NCBI GenBank assembly: GCA_002011815.1
Contig: MTOV01000004.1
Location: 115,514-179,513, forward strand
Reading direction: 5' to 3'
Length of the DNA stretch: 64,000 bases
From: Nitrospirae bacterium JdFR-86
Lineage (GTDB): Bacteria > Nitrospirota > Thermodesulfovibrionia > Thermodesulfovibrionales > JdFR-86
Shown: piece after piece, positions 30,110 to 39,408 of the stretch
Layout of the letters: each line of letters begins with the position of its first letter
Numbering within the stretch: position 1 is the stretch's first letter
Position numbers and translations under genes: made by a program
The notes under the pieces: generated by a model
Told to the model about the DNA's origin: nothing
The model's database searches: none
The model's input: the letters and a program-made list of their open reading frames with translations, nothing else

Positions 30110-30495
30110 TGTTTTCAAAAGGCAAGGAAAAACTTGAGTCTTTTATAGGCACCAATACTCACTTTACCGGTGACATTACCGTAAAAGGAACATTAAGAGT
30201 TGACGGAAAGGTCACCGGTAATATAGAAACCGACTGGCTGATCTTAGGCGACAAATCAACATTAAAAGGCAATGTGACAGCCACCGGAATCATAGTAGCC
30301 GGCACAATAGAAGGCAATCTGAACGCCAAAGAAATGGTGGAGATAAAAAAGAAAGGCCAGGTAAAAGGCGATATCGTGACTAATAAACTCATGGTCGCTG
30401 ACGGTGGATTCGTTAACGGGAAAATCTCGATGCTGTCGGAAGAAACAAAAATAATTGAGCTTACAAAGGATAAGTTTAAAGAAGCCCAGTCTTAG
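30103..30495 (+). CDS. Bactofilin (polymer-forming cytoskeletal protein)
   Basis: 130 aa of repetitive beta-helix pattern (VKGTLRVDGKVTGNIETD..LKGNVTATGIIVAGTIEGNL..VKGDIVTNKLMVADGGFVNGKI). Confidence 0.8.
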   Translation: MVMFSKGKEKLESFIGTNTHFTGDITVKGTLRVDGKVTGNIETDWLILGDKSTLKGNVTATGIIVAGTIEGNLNAKEMVEIKKKGQVKGDIVTNKLMVADGGFVNGKISMLSEETKIIELTKDKFKEAQS

Positions 30496-31025
30496 TATGG
30501 CGGTGGAGGGTAATAAGGGTCATACCACCAGGGGTCATGCCACCAGAAAGGATACAAATCCCAATACCGGTAATAAGGCAGGTAAATCGGCTCTTCTTTC
30601 CAGAGATATAGTTCCTTGACCTCTAAAACCGGATAAACATATTCCACTTTTTTACGTGTTATCTTTTTGCTGTCTATAAGGGTTCCGGCAACTGTAATCA
30701 AGCGCCCTTTTTCATATATTAACGGGTCAAGATATTTTTTATGGAGAGCCAGGAATCTTCCTTCTGATATGTCTGTGTCGACTATACTTCCGTATCTGTC
30801 AATAGGATTCTGAACGACCTCTATAAATGTTCCTTCAGGGGTATTTCTGGTTCTTACTATGAAGCCGCCCCATATAAAAACCGAGCCTTTGTATTTTTCT
30901 ATGTTTTCCTTAACAATGCGAAAAGGAACGTCTTTAACCGCCTGGGTACGGGTCTCCTTGGATATCACATGGGCGCAGGAAGATAGTAAGAATATTGCGA
31001 CTACAATAAAACAAATACGCTTCAT
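30492..31025 (-). CDS. Slp-family outer-membrane lipoprotein with aromatic/proline-rich tail
   Basis: Lipobox LLSSC, Slp-like core (VFIWGGFIV..GRFLALHKKYLDP..VTVAGTL..YPVLEVKELYLW), and tail YYRYWDLYPFWWHDPWWYDPYYPPPPY. Confidence 0.7.
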   Translation of the reverse strand: MKRICFIVVAIFLLSSCAHVISKETRTQAVKDVPFRIVKENIEKYKGSVFIWGGFIVRTRNTPEGTFIEVVQNPIDRYGSIVDTDISEGRFLALHKKYLDPLIYEKGRLITVAGTLIDSKKITRKKVEYVYPVLEVKELYLWKEEPIYLPYYRYWDLYPFWWHDPWWYDPYYPPPPY

Positions 31026-31165
31026 ACTTAATTGTATAGCATTTTATAGAATCCTTTGCAAGAATATTTTTATGCCAGAGCCAGGGCACCAAAAATCCCA
31101 TCTCTATTTTTTGGAGGCCACCCCTGAGGTTGATTTTTCCTTTTAATATATAGTATGTTTTTCTT

Positions 31166-31702
<537 letters not shown>

Positions 31703-31705
31703 GCT

Positions 31706-33133
31706 TTATTTTCTTCCTCCGTATCTTATAGGGTCTCCTTTATACCCAAGGGCTTCCCAGTCAAGCCTGTCGCCTTCCATGTGGCAGTCAATGCATTTAA
31801 GAGCGTTCTTTGCTGGCACGACCTCATGGAAAATCCCCATATAGCGTTCTGTAATAACCCAGCCGTAGCGGACTTTTTCCTTCCCGTAAAACGCCTTTGC
31901 ACCCGCTTTTACTGCAGCGTCATTATCACCCTTTTTGAACACTATCCCGACTTTTATAGGTATGAGCTGTCTGGTGTCTTTGTCAACAGGCAGTTTCGCC
32001 GTGTGTAATTTAAAAGCATAGATTCTTGAGTTCGGGTCATCTATCGAGCCCTGCGGTTCATAGAGCTTGACTCTGCCTTTTACTTCCTTTACCGGTTCTG
32101 TAGTGGTGAGAATGCCTTTTCCGTTCCACCATGTATAGACAGGCCTTACGTTTTTCTTAAATTTTATTTTCGGCTCGTATTTGTCGTGTTCTTTAAGATA
32201 TTCTCTTTTGCTCCAGTCTCTGTGCATGTCAGTGGCCTCGTGCTTTGCAAATGTTGGAATATGGCATGTTGTGCAGTAAACGGTGTTCATATGTTGATTC
32301 AGGGTCTCATCCGAATGGAGTCTGCCTTTGTGGCAGTTTTCGCATCTGACGTTCTCCCCGGGTCTGTCCTGACCGGCAAGCTGAGTGCCGCTTCCGAGCA
32401 CCCTGTGATTTTTAAACTTGTGACACTGCGTGCAGGTCATACCGCTTCCGATATGGACATCGAAATCCCTGTCTGCCCTCAGATGATATGTCTCAAGGTC
32501 TCCGCGCTTGTAATTAAGCCCTCCGCCTGAGCCTACATGGCATCTGAGACACATCTCAGTCGCAGGTCTTCTTACAGACTGCGCAATATTAAGAAGCACC
32601 TCAGGCTTATTCCACGCCTTAGGTCGTCTCCTCAATGTCCCATCCTCTGTCTTATAAACCTCCCTGCGGTAGTTATAAGAGTGACAGACAAGGCAGTCAA
32701 TGTTTTCAAGTTGTTCTCTTGTCATGTTCTCAGTGGGCTTAAGTCCAAGACCTGCATGGCATTTTGAACATCCCTGCCCTATAATTTCACCCCTTGAGTT
32801 CTTAAGTATTGCTATCCAGCTTATTGAGGGGTTCGTGCAGAAATCATTGATTGTGTTTATCTTGCCGAGCTTTCTTCCCCTTGAGTTAACGATATTCGGA
32901 GCGTCCGCCTTCCACTGGTAGTGAATTGACTGAAACACATCCTTTGCCTCTTTTTCATGACAGGCAAGACACGTGCTTGTGTCCTTATAACTTTTGACAT
33001 ACCGTGCATGAGGATTCTCAAAAATCATACCCTCACCCTGCGCCCAAGCCCATTGGGCAAACCACAGAACGCCAAATACTATCAGAATATAAAAACCCCT
33101 TGCTTTCACGGTAAACCTCCTTTTCCTGAACAC
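31706..33133 (-). CDS. Periplasmic multihaem c-type cytochrome with 8 CxxCH motifs
   Basis: Signal/anchor helix. Eight CxxCH counted by hand (CLACH, CSKCH, CLVCH, CLRCH, CTQCH, CENCH, CTTCH, CIDCH). Confidence 0.9.
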   Translation of the reverse strand: MFRKRRFTVKARGFYILIVFGVLWFAQWAWAQGEGMIFENPHARYVKSYKDTSTCLACHEKEAKDVFQSIHYQWKADAPNIVNSRGRKLGKINTINDFCTNPSISWIAILKNSRGEIIGQGCSKCHAGLGLKPTENMTREQLENIDCLVCHSYNYRREVYKTEDGTLRRRPKAWNKPEVLLNIAQSVRRPATEMCLRCHVGSGGGLNYKRGDLETYHLRADRDFDVHIGSGMTCTQCHKFKNHRVLGSGTQLAGQDRPGENVRCENCHKGRLHSDETLNQHMNTVYCTTCHIPTFAKHEATDMHRDWSKREYLKEHDKYEPKIKFKKNVRPVYTWWNGKGILTTTEPVKEVKGRVKLYEPQGSIDDPNSRIYAFKLHTAKLPVDKDTRQLIPIKVGIVFKKGDNDAAVKAGAKAFYGKEKVRYGWVITERYMGIFHEVVPAKNALKCIDCHMEGDRLDWEALGYKGDPIRYGGRK

Positions 33134-33199
33134 TTATAAGCGGATTATAGCAGGATGGTTGGCTAATGCAACGATTAATTGCAAAAACCGGCAGGGTAG

Positions 33200-33559
33200 C
33201 TAGCCTATGAGTTTTTCAATCAGACGTTCTTCGTATTCTTCAAGTATGACGGGTCTTTTGAGGGTTGTGCTTAATTTAAGGAGTTTGAAGTTTAATTCCC
33301 TTATTTTCTTGAGTCTTTCTTTGTCGTCGTCTATGGTGTTTATCAGGGTTTTAAGGTTGAGTATTTCTTTTTTCAGTTCAAGTTCAGGCGGCAGGCAGTC
33401 TGCGTTTTTAAGCACGTGGTAGGCTAATCTCAGGTCTTCGGGAATCCATGTGTCGTCTTCAAGACTAAGCGGTTTTCCGGCATTGGCGAGGTTATCGAAC
33501 TCCCCCTCCTCTATTGCCCTTCTGATTCTCTCTTCAGCGATTTTCCTGAATGCGTCCAT
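33200..33559 (-). CDS. DUF1992 (DnaJ-C28-like) domain protein
   Basis: IAEERIRRAIEEGEFDNLANAGKPLSLEDD is the characteristic DUF1992 N-terminal motif. Confidence 0.7.
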   Translation of the reverse strand: MDAFRKIAEERIRRAIEEGEFDNLANAGKPLSLEDDTWIPEDLRLAYHVLKNADCLPPELELKKEILNLKTLINTIDDDKERLKKIRELNFKLLKLSTTLKRPVILEEYEERLIEKLIG

Positions 33560-34187
33560 AGAGCCAGCCTGTCCAGTCTTTTATTCCTTCTCCGGTCTTG
33601 CACGAAATCTCAAAAACCTTAAGAGAAGGGTTAAGGGACATGGAATCCTGTTTAATCCTCTCTGTATCTGCATCCACATATGGTTTTAGGTCTATCTTGT
33701 TAATCAGCAGAGCGGAGGATTCCTGAAACATCAGCGGATACTTAAGAGGCTTGTCATGCCCTTCTGTTATGCTTAACAGCATGACTTTCATGTGCTCTCC
33801 GACATTAAACTCGGCAGGACAGACAAGGTTTCCAACGTTCTCTATAATCAAAAGGTCTATTTCATTAAGATTAAGGTCATTTATGGCTTCGTTTATCATG
33901 TTTGCATCGAGATGGCAGGCACCACCTGTGTTTATCTGCACGACAGGAACTCCAAGACTGTTTATTTTTTCAGCATCATATGTGCCCTGAATATCCCCTT
34001 CTACAACGCCTATTCTCAGTGCCCCGTTCAGTTCAGTTATTGTCTTTTCAAGCAATGAGGTCTTGCCGGCTCCAGGCGCTGACATGAGATTAAGCACATA
34101 AGTGCCTGTCTTATCAAACAACTCCTTGTTTTCCCTTGCTATTTTTTCATTCGCTTCAAGTATCTTCGAGACCACATTTATTTTCAT
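33534..34187 (-). CDS. hypB: Hydrogenase nickel-incorporation GTPase HypB
   Basis: SAPGAGKTSLLEKT P-loop, ENVGNLVCPA, LINKIDL. Confidence 0.9.
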   Translation of the reverse strand: MKINVVSKILEANEKIARENKELFDKTGTYVLNLMSAPGAGKTSLLEKTITELNGALRIGVVEGDIQGTYDAEKINSLGVPVVQINTGGACHLDANMINEAINDLNLNEIDLLIIENVGNLVCPAEFNVGEHMKVMLLSITEGHDKPLKYPLMFQESSALLINKIDLKPYVDADTERIKQDSMSLNPSLKVFEISCKTGEGIKDWTGWLYGRIQENR

Positions 34188-34188
34188 A

Positions 34189-34533
34189 TCAAGCGACCTC
34201 TATTTCAGTAATATCCAGTTCGCGTCCTGAATTTATACTGAAATCAGCACTGCCGCAATTCGGACATGCAAGAACATAAGACTCACCTACAGTAAAATCG
34301 CTGTTACAATCTCTGCAGGTGCCGCCAAGCGGAACTTCATCTATCACAAGAGAAGCCTCTCCTGCAATAGTGCCTATTTTTATTACGTCGAATGCCAGGG
34401 AGAGAGCCTCAGGCAGGACACTTGAAGCACTTCCTACCCTCACGCCAATGGACTTAATCCTGTTAAAGCCTGCTTTCCTGCAGTACTCTTCTGCAATGCT
34501 CAGTATGTTAAGTGCGATGGATGTCTCGTGCAT
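34189..34533 (-). CDS. hypA: Hydrogenase maturation nickel metallochaperone HypA
   Basis: MHETSIA N-terminus and CRDC..CPNCG zinc site. Confidence 0.9.
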   Translation of the reverse strand: MHETSIALNILSIAEEYCRKAGFNRIKSIGVRVGSASSVLPEALSLAFDVIKIGTIAGEASLVIDEVPLGGTCRDCNSDFTVGESYVLACPNCGSADFSINSGRELDITEIEVA

Positions 34534-34853
34534 TACTGCTCTTTTACATACTTTTCTTTTTCTTTTTCTTTTTCATAAGCCTCTTTTCCCGCTTCAATGG
34601 CAGTGGCTATTATAGACTTTTTTTCGCCAAGAAGTTCCTTTCCCTTCTGCACTTTTGAACTTACCGTGTCTTTTGCCCGATAGACGTAGTCTTCTGTTCT
34701 TTCTTTCAGGTCTTCTGCAAGCTCACTTATTCTCTCTCTCACCTCACGGCCGGACTGCGGCGCAAACAGGAGGGCAAGACCCGCACCTACAATGCCTCCA
34801 AGAAGAAAAGAACACATGACTGAAATTGCACCATAGCCCTCATCGTTTCTCAT
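34533..34853 (-). CDS. YtxH-domain protein
   Basis: TM helix followed by LLFAPQSGREVRERI and a charged helical tail. Confidence 0.65.
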   Translation of the reverse strand: MRNDEGYGAISVMCSFLLGGIVGAGLALLFAPQSGREVRERISELAEDLKERTEDYVYRAKDTVSSKVQKGKELLGEKKSIIATAIEAGKEAYEKEKEKEKYVKEQ

Positions 34854-35242
34854 TGACTGCCTCCTTTTTTTACAAGGTTCTTAAGCAAAACCTCAAGTGC
34901 AGTCTTTACCCCTGCTCTTATACCTGAGACTCTGACTGCTGCCTTTGACCTCACATCCTGTATCAGTTCGCTCATATCCCTGATGTTCTCTGCCACATCT
35001 GTTACTGCTGAAGAAAATGTCTTCACATTGCTGGTAACGGCATTCACATTATCAGTTATACTGCGGAGACTCCTCATAGTCTCTTCCATCTCTTTCAAAG
35101 TCGATTTAAGAGAATCTTCTGTATTTTTCAGGAAATTAGTTGTTTCTTTAGCAGTGCGCCTGAGCTCGATGAGAGTCGGTATAAGAAACCCCACTGCTAC
35201 AGCCAATGCAACACCAATCAATACAAGTGCAAGTTCAAGCAT
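34850..35242 (-). CDS. DUF948-like membrane-anchored coiled-coil protein
   Basis: N-terminal TM helix then helical repeats, with 4-nt overlap with the YtxH gene. The family call is from pattern memory only. Confidence 0.5.
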   Translation of the reverse strand: MLELALVLIGVALAVAVGFLIPTLIELRRTAKETTNFLKNTEDSLKSTLKEMEETMRSLRSITDNVNAVTSNVKTFSSAVTDVAENIRDMSELIQDVRSKAAVRVSGIRAGVKTALEVLLKNLVKKGGSQ

Positions 35243-35257
35243 AATGCCTCCAGAAAA

Positions 35258-35266
35258 ATTATAACA
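35258..35266 (-). promoter_or_regulatory. Extended -10 promoter element (TGTTATAAT) upstream of the DUF948/YtxH/hypAB gene string
   Basis: The minus strand reads TGTTATAAT, then 8 nt later GGAGG and the ATG at comp(35240-35242). Confidence 0.4.
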
Positions 35267-35324
35267 CAGTAGAGTCTCTATTGTAGGGGGTGAGCCTGTA
35301 AAAGTATACCCCCTACAGAGAAGA

Positions 35325-35831
35325 CTACTTGCCTAAACTGTGGATTCCTTTCACGTTTCTAGCCGCCCACTGGATGTCACGGTTCCCATGACAGTTCAGA
35401 CATATGACATCGAGCGTAAGAAATCCTTTGGCATACTTGCCGTCGGCTGTAAACATAGAGGCATTTGGGTCTATGTTTACCTTCCAGTTATGAGTGCGCA
35501 CATCGCCCTCTTTCGGCGCCATGGCTTCTGCTGACTTACTGGCTCTTGGCATATGGCAGTCAATACATTTAACCCGCCTTCCACCGGAATCCGCCTATGA
35601 CATAGCTTATATCGTTCCATGTATAGCCTTTGGAAGGGGAAGTGCCGCATATTTGGCGACAGAGGCAGGTCTTAATTTATACGGATGCCCTGAGGTCTTC
35701 CAGTCATTGTATTGCTCCGGATGACACTTAAAGCACATGTCAGAGCCTGTATATTCGCTGGCAACTGCTGTTGAAACAAAAAACATTGCCAGAATAATTA
35801 CAATTATTAGTAGTAATCCTCTCTTCTCCAT
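35325..35831 (-). pseudogene. Small three-haem c-type cytochrome disrupted by two compensating frameshifts
   Basis: ORFs 35607-35831 (signal peptide + CFKCH) and 35325-35552 (CIDCH, CLNCH) are in the same frame but separated by in-frame TAA and TAG. The ~60 nt between them reads stop-free in another frame as KGYTWNDISYVIGGFRWKAG. Confidence 0.6.
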
Positions 35832-35991
35832 TGCAAATCTCCTTTTCTTAAAGTATCCCTCGGTTCAGACCGCACTTTACAGTTGCATCGTCACAACATT
35901 AAATTGTAGGCTGTAATAAAAAGGTTTGCAACAAAAACTATCAAAAAGCCCGGAAACCGAACTGTTTAGCACATTTCCACAGATTTTTATC

Positions 35992-36021
35992 TTGACAAAC
36001 ATGCCCTATTCTTGCTAAGTT
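35992..36021 (+). promoter_or_regulatory. Sigma70-like promoter for the HU gene
   Basis: TTGACA (35992-35997), 18-nt spacer, TAAGTT (36016-36021), ~45 nt upstream of the HU ATG. Confidence 0.4.
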
Positions 36022-36065
36022 TATTCCGGTCTTTTAAAAATCAAACTCAGGAAGGGGGGAAAATA

Positions 36066-36338
36066 ATGACAAAAGCAGAGTTGATTGAGAAGATAGCATC
36101 CAGTTCTGGACTGACAAAGGCGGACGCAGGCAGAGCTCTGGATGCCACACTGGACGCCATAAGAATAGCACTAAAAAAGGGACAGAAGATTACACTTGTC
36201 GGGTTCGGAACATTTTCAGTCGTAAAGAGAAAGGCAAGAAAAGGACGTAATCCAAGAACAGGCGAAGAGATAAAGATTTCTGCTACAAAAACGCCGAAAT
36301 TTACTCCTGGCAAGGTTTTAAAAGATGCAGTAAGGTAA
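36066..36338 (+). CDS. hup: HU/IHF-family DNA-binding protein
   Basis: [35 protein letters not shown]. The ATG at 36066 is preceded by GGAAGGGGGG; the 18-codon extension in the track ORF (36012) is rejected. Confidence 0.9.
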   Translation: MTKAELIEKIASSSGLTKADAGRALDATLDAIRIALKKGQKITLVGFGTFSVVKRKARKGRNPRTGEEIKISATKTPKFTPGKVLKDAVR

Positions 36339-36360
36339 AAACTTAATCTGTTGATTATAA

Positions 36361-36396
36361 AAGGGGTGGAATTTTCATTCACACCCCTTTTATTTT
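36361..36396 (+). terminator. Rho-independent terminator after the HU gene
   Basis: AAGGGGTG (36361-36368), 13-nt loop, CACCCCTT (36382-36389), then TTATTTT. Confidence 0.7.
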
Positions 36397-36449
36397 GCCC
36401 ACTCTTCTGATATTGTTTATTTAACAAGACCATATTAGAGGAGGGGACC

Positions 36450-36755
36450 ATGCTTGTTGAGTTCAGCATTGTGCCTGTAGGCGCAGGCAGCAGCATTGGA
36501 GACCAGCTTGCTAAAGTATTGAAAATCGTAGACGAAAGCGGGCTTCCATATAAGCTAAACCCGATGGGCACCGTTATCGAGGGCGAATGGAACGAGGTAA
36601 TGAAAGTCATTAGAAAATGTCACAATACCATTATGAAGCACAACGACAGGGCGATTACAACTATCAGTATTGATGACAGAAAAGGAAAACCCAGCAGGAT
36701 AGAAGAAAAAGTAAAATCCATCGAGAAAAAACTCGGGAAAAAACTAAAGAAATAA
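36450..36755 (+). CDS. MTH1187/YkoF-family (DUF77) thiamine-binding-like protein
   Basis: MLVEFSIVPVGAGSSIG..SGLPYKLNPMGTVIEGEWNEVM is the pattern of the MTH1187 family. Confidence 0.75.
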   Translation: MLVEFSIVPVGAGSSIGDQLAKVLKIVDESGLPYKLNPMGTVIEGEWNEVMKVIRKCHNTIMKHNDRAITTISIDDRKGKPSRIEEKVKSIEKKLGKKLKK

Positions 36756-36759
36756 CTAT

Positions 36760-37998
36760 CTAAAACAGTTTAACCTCAACCAGTTCGCCTTTTTCAATTC
36801 CTATTGAATCCTGAGGAATAGTTATCGTTCCATCAGCCTTTACAAGCGTGCTTATAAGTCCTGACTTGCCTAAAAGCGGGGTTGCCCAAAGCTCACCGTT
36901 TTTTTCATCAAGAACCACACTTATATGCTCCTGCCTTCCTGAGGCTGAATGTATGCTTTTTGTAAGTCTTGCCTTAAGCGTTATTCTGAATTTTTCTGAC
37001 TTCATACCTGCAATAAGCCGTAAAGCAGCCCTGACAAATACTTCGAAGCAGACCACTACTGCCCTTGGATGCCCGGGAAGACCAAACACAGGCTTATTTT
37101 CCACGACCCCTGCAATCATCGGCTTTCCCGGCTTCATTGAAACACTGTGAAAAAGCACTTTACCCAAACGGCTGATGATTCTCTCCGTCATATCCTTTAC
37201 ACCTACAGAACTGCCACCTGTGATTAAAACCATCTCAGAATCACCCAGAGACTGCCTGACCACATCCTGTATAACCTCGTAATCATCCCTAAAAATTCCT
37301 TTCACAAGGGGTATGCCCCCTTCCCGAAGCACGAGCCCTGCCAGACTGTAAGAATTCATATCCCTGACAAAGCCGGGTTTTAGCGGTGCTCCGGCAGGCA
37401 CTATCTCGTCCCCTGTTGATATTATCGACACTTTAGGTTTCTTAAACACAAAGACCTCTGTCAAACCGATTCCTGAAAGCACAGCGACATCCTGAGGTCT
37501 CAGGCGATGCCCTTTGCCCAACACCAGCTCCCCCTTCCCCACGTCCTCTGCCTTTCGTATTACATTCTCACCCGGTGCTACTGACCTTTGCACTTCTATT
37601 ATTTTTTCGTCAACGAATTGTGCATGCTCAAGCATCAGCACGGAATCTGCCCCTTGCGGCAGCATCCCGCCGGTTGCTATCTTTGCAGCCTCACCCTGCC
37701 TAAGCTCAAAGTCTGGCTCCTCACCCATTAAAATCTCGTACGACACATTAAGATAAGACGGACTCTGTTCTGTGGCACCAAAAGTATCGCTTGAGCAAAC
37801 CGCAAAGCCGTCCACTGTCGAGCGTGAAAAATCAGGAAGGTCTTCAGGCGAAACAACATCTTTTGAAAGCACCCTGCCATAAGAGTCTTCAAGCCTGACT
37901 TTTTCCTCTGGAAGAGAATCGCTGGAAAGGTTTTCGAGAATGAGTCTCAGTGCTTGCTGAACACTGACAGCCTCATCTCTGCCAAGCATGTCTTTCAT
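36760..37998 (-). CDS. moeA: Molybdopterin molybdenumtransferase MoeA
   Basis: 412 aa with MoeA N, MoCF-binding (VSIISTGDEIV..ITGGSSVGVKD) and C-terminal domains. Confidence 0.9.
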   Translation of the reverse strand: MKDMLGRDEAVSVQQALRLILENLSSDSLPEEKVRLEDSYGRVLSKDVVSPEDLPDFSRSTVDGFAVCSSDTFGATEQSPSYLNVSYEILMGEEPDFELRQGEAAKIATGGMLPQGADSVLMLEHAQFVDEKIIEVQRSVAPGENVIRKAEDVGKGELVLGKGHRLRPQDVAVLSGIGLTEVFVFKKPKVSIISTGDEIVPAGAPLKPGFVRDMNSYSLAGLVLREGGIPLVKGIFRDDYEVIQDVVRQSLGDSEMVLITGGSSVGVKDMTERIISRLGKVLFHSVSMKPGKPMIAGVVENKPVFGLPGHPRAVVVCFEVFVRAALRLIAGMKSEKFRITLKARLTKSIHSASGRQEHISVVLDEKNGELWATPLLGKSGLISTLVKADGTITIPQDSIGIEKGELVEVKLF

Positions 37999-38008
37999 GG
38001 AAATGTTT

Positions 38009-38752
38009 TTACTTAAGGAGAGCAGTTAAGAGTCTGCCGTATCTTACACTGCCTATCGGGTTTTCCTTTAAGACTTCGGAACGCTTACCGTTTCTGAGAA
38101 CATCCACAATTCTGTCAAGCGATTCTTCATGAAGTTTTTCAAGTCTGTTTTTCTTTTTCATGCGTGCGGCAGAACCAATAAGCCCTTCTTTATTCAGACA
38201 CGAAAGAAGAACCACACCTTTGAATATTCTTTTATTTGTCTTGAAGGAGAAAATAACCCTCTCGAGCGACTTCTCAAGAAAAAGATCGTTTCTTTTCTGA
38301 ACTTCCCTGCTGATGCCGATTGCCTGAAACCAGTATGATTTGTCTATAACGCTGTCTGCCCTCAGTTCAAGCAATGCATGAGCCAGATTCCTGCTGCCTG
38401 CGGTGTAACTGCCGTGTGCAACAGTGTCGGCGGCAAGATGACTCATATAACCTAAAGAGAACGCTTTTTCAGCTGATGTCCTTGCGGACTCGAAAAGTTC
38501 AAGCGACATATCCCAGCTATGCGGGTTCTTCTGAGAAGGCAAATATTTCTTAGCCAATATCATATCCGCCATGAGATTGCCATAAAGATAATCTTGCCTG
38601 TATCTCCTCAGAAGTTTGTAGACTGCTACTGGCAAAACAGAACCTAAATAAAAGATTTCACTGCCGAGGTACACATGCGTCAGCGGACCCCATGCAAACG
38701 CATAAGAAGGAATGAGCAAAAAAAATATTACAGTCAATAATCTAAATAACAT
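38009..38752 (-). CDS. Zinc-dependent phospholipase C / P1 nuclease-fold family protein
   Basis: A signal-like N-terminus followed by AWGPLTHVYLG, and later SHLAADTVAHG, are His-rich metal-site motifs of that fold. Confidence 0.55.
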   Translation of the reverse strand: MLFRLLTVIFFLLIPSYAFAWGPLTHVYLGSEIFYLGSVLPVAVYKLLRRYRQDYLYGNLMADMILAKKYLPSQKNPHSWDMSLELFESARTSAEKAFSLGYMSHLAADTVAHGSYTAGSRNLAHALLELRADSVIDKSYWFQAIGISREVQKRNDLFLEKSLERVIFSFKTNKRIFKGVVLLSCLNKEGLIGSAARMKKKNRLEKLHEESLDRIVDVLRNGKRSEVLKENPIGSVRYGRLLTALLK

Positions 38753-38865
38753 CCTTTGCCTCTATCGCAGCACTACAAAATTAAGCTAAAATCGGAACTT
38801 TAGCCGCTTGTTTATTTTATCCTGCAAGAAGACCTTATTTCAACTTAATTAATCACAACCCAGAA

Positions 38866-38894
38866 TTGACAACCCTTTTAAACTTCTCTAAAGT
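38866..38894 (+). promoter_or_regulatory. Near-consensus sigma70 promoter firing into a ~300 nt ORF-poor segment
   Basis: TTGACA (38866-38871), exactly 17 nt, TAAAGT (38889-38894). No credible CDS follows before the tRNA fragment. Confidence 0.4.
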
Positions 38895-39198
38895 GAAAGC
38901 GAGGATGCGTTATATGCCGAGGACAGCAGGACTATGGAGAAGGGTGCTCTTATTTTGCCTGCCTTTGTTTTTGTGCCACCCCAAGTGTTGCACTTCATTA
39001 TTGAACTCACGGACCAAAAAAGAGCGCCCTCGAAAATTTCTTAACGGTTCATTCGGTCGGCCTGCGGTAAATTTTTGCAAACTCGGTCGGATCGACCTCA
39101 AACACGCAAAAATTTTTAACCCTTCGGCCTCCCTCATTCCCCTGAGATTTTCCAATGGGGTTATAAGATTTAGAATATTTGGATTTAGGATTTTGAAT

Positions 39199-39246
39199 TG
39201 GCGGGGGGTGGATTTGAACCACCGACCTTCGGGTTATGAGCCCGAG
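39199..39246 (-). tRNA. 3' fragment (anticodon stem to 3' end) of an initiator-like tRNA-Met(CAT); 5' half absent; att-type remnant
   Basis: The minus strand reads TCGGGCTCATAACCCGAAGGTCGGTGGTTCAAATCCACCCCCCGCCA: anticodon stem with three G-C pairs, loop CTCATAA, T arm GGTGG-TTCAAAT-CCACC. Upstream sequence (AACCAAAACC) has no D-arm or acceptor. Confidence 0.8.
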
Positions 39247-39375
39247 GTTTTGGTTAAAAAAATGTTTTAAAAACAATAAGTTATACTCTTATAAATTTCA
39301 ACAGAGACATATAAAACCATATAACAGACATAGTAATTTTTTAAATCCTAAGAATGTTTCAAAATGTTCCAAATA

Positions 39376-39408
39376 GTTTCATTGAAACCTTCTCGTTCAA
39401 TTGAAACC
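39376..39408. promoter_or_regulatory. Two palindromic sites 19 bp apart at the island edge (candidate protein-binding sites)
   Basis: GTTTCA-T-TGAAAC (39376-39388) and GTTCAA-TTGAAAC (39396-39408). The direct repeat ATTGAAACC occurs at 39381 and 39400. Confidence 0.3.

Noticed and set aside
36012-36065. 18-codon N-terminal extension of the HU ORF
   Set aside because: HU proteins start at MTKAEL-type sequences. The ATG at 36066 has a purine-rich RBS, and the TTG at 36012 would lie inside the predicted promoter.
38866-39270. 134-aa + strand ORF
   Set aside because: It starts in a promoter-like sequence, is Arg/Leu/Phe-rich, and reads across the antisense of the tRNA-Met fragment.
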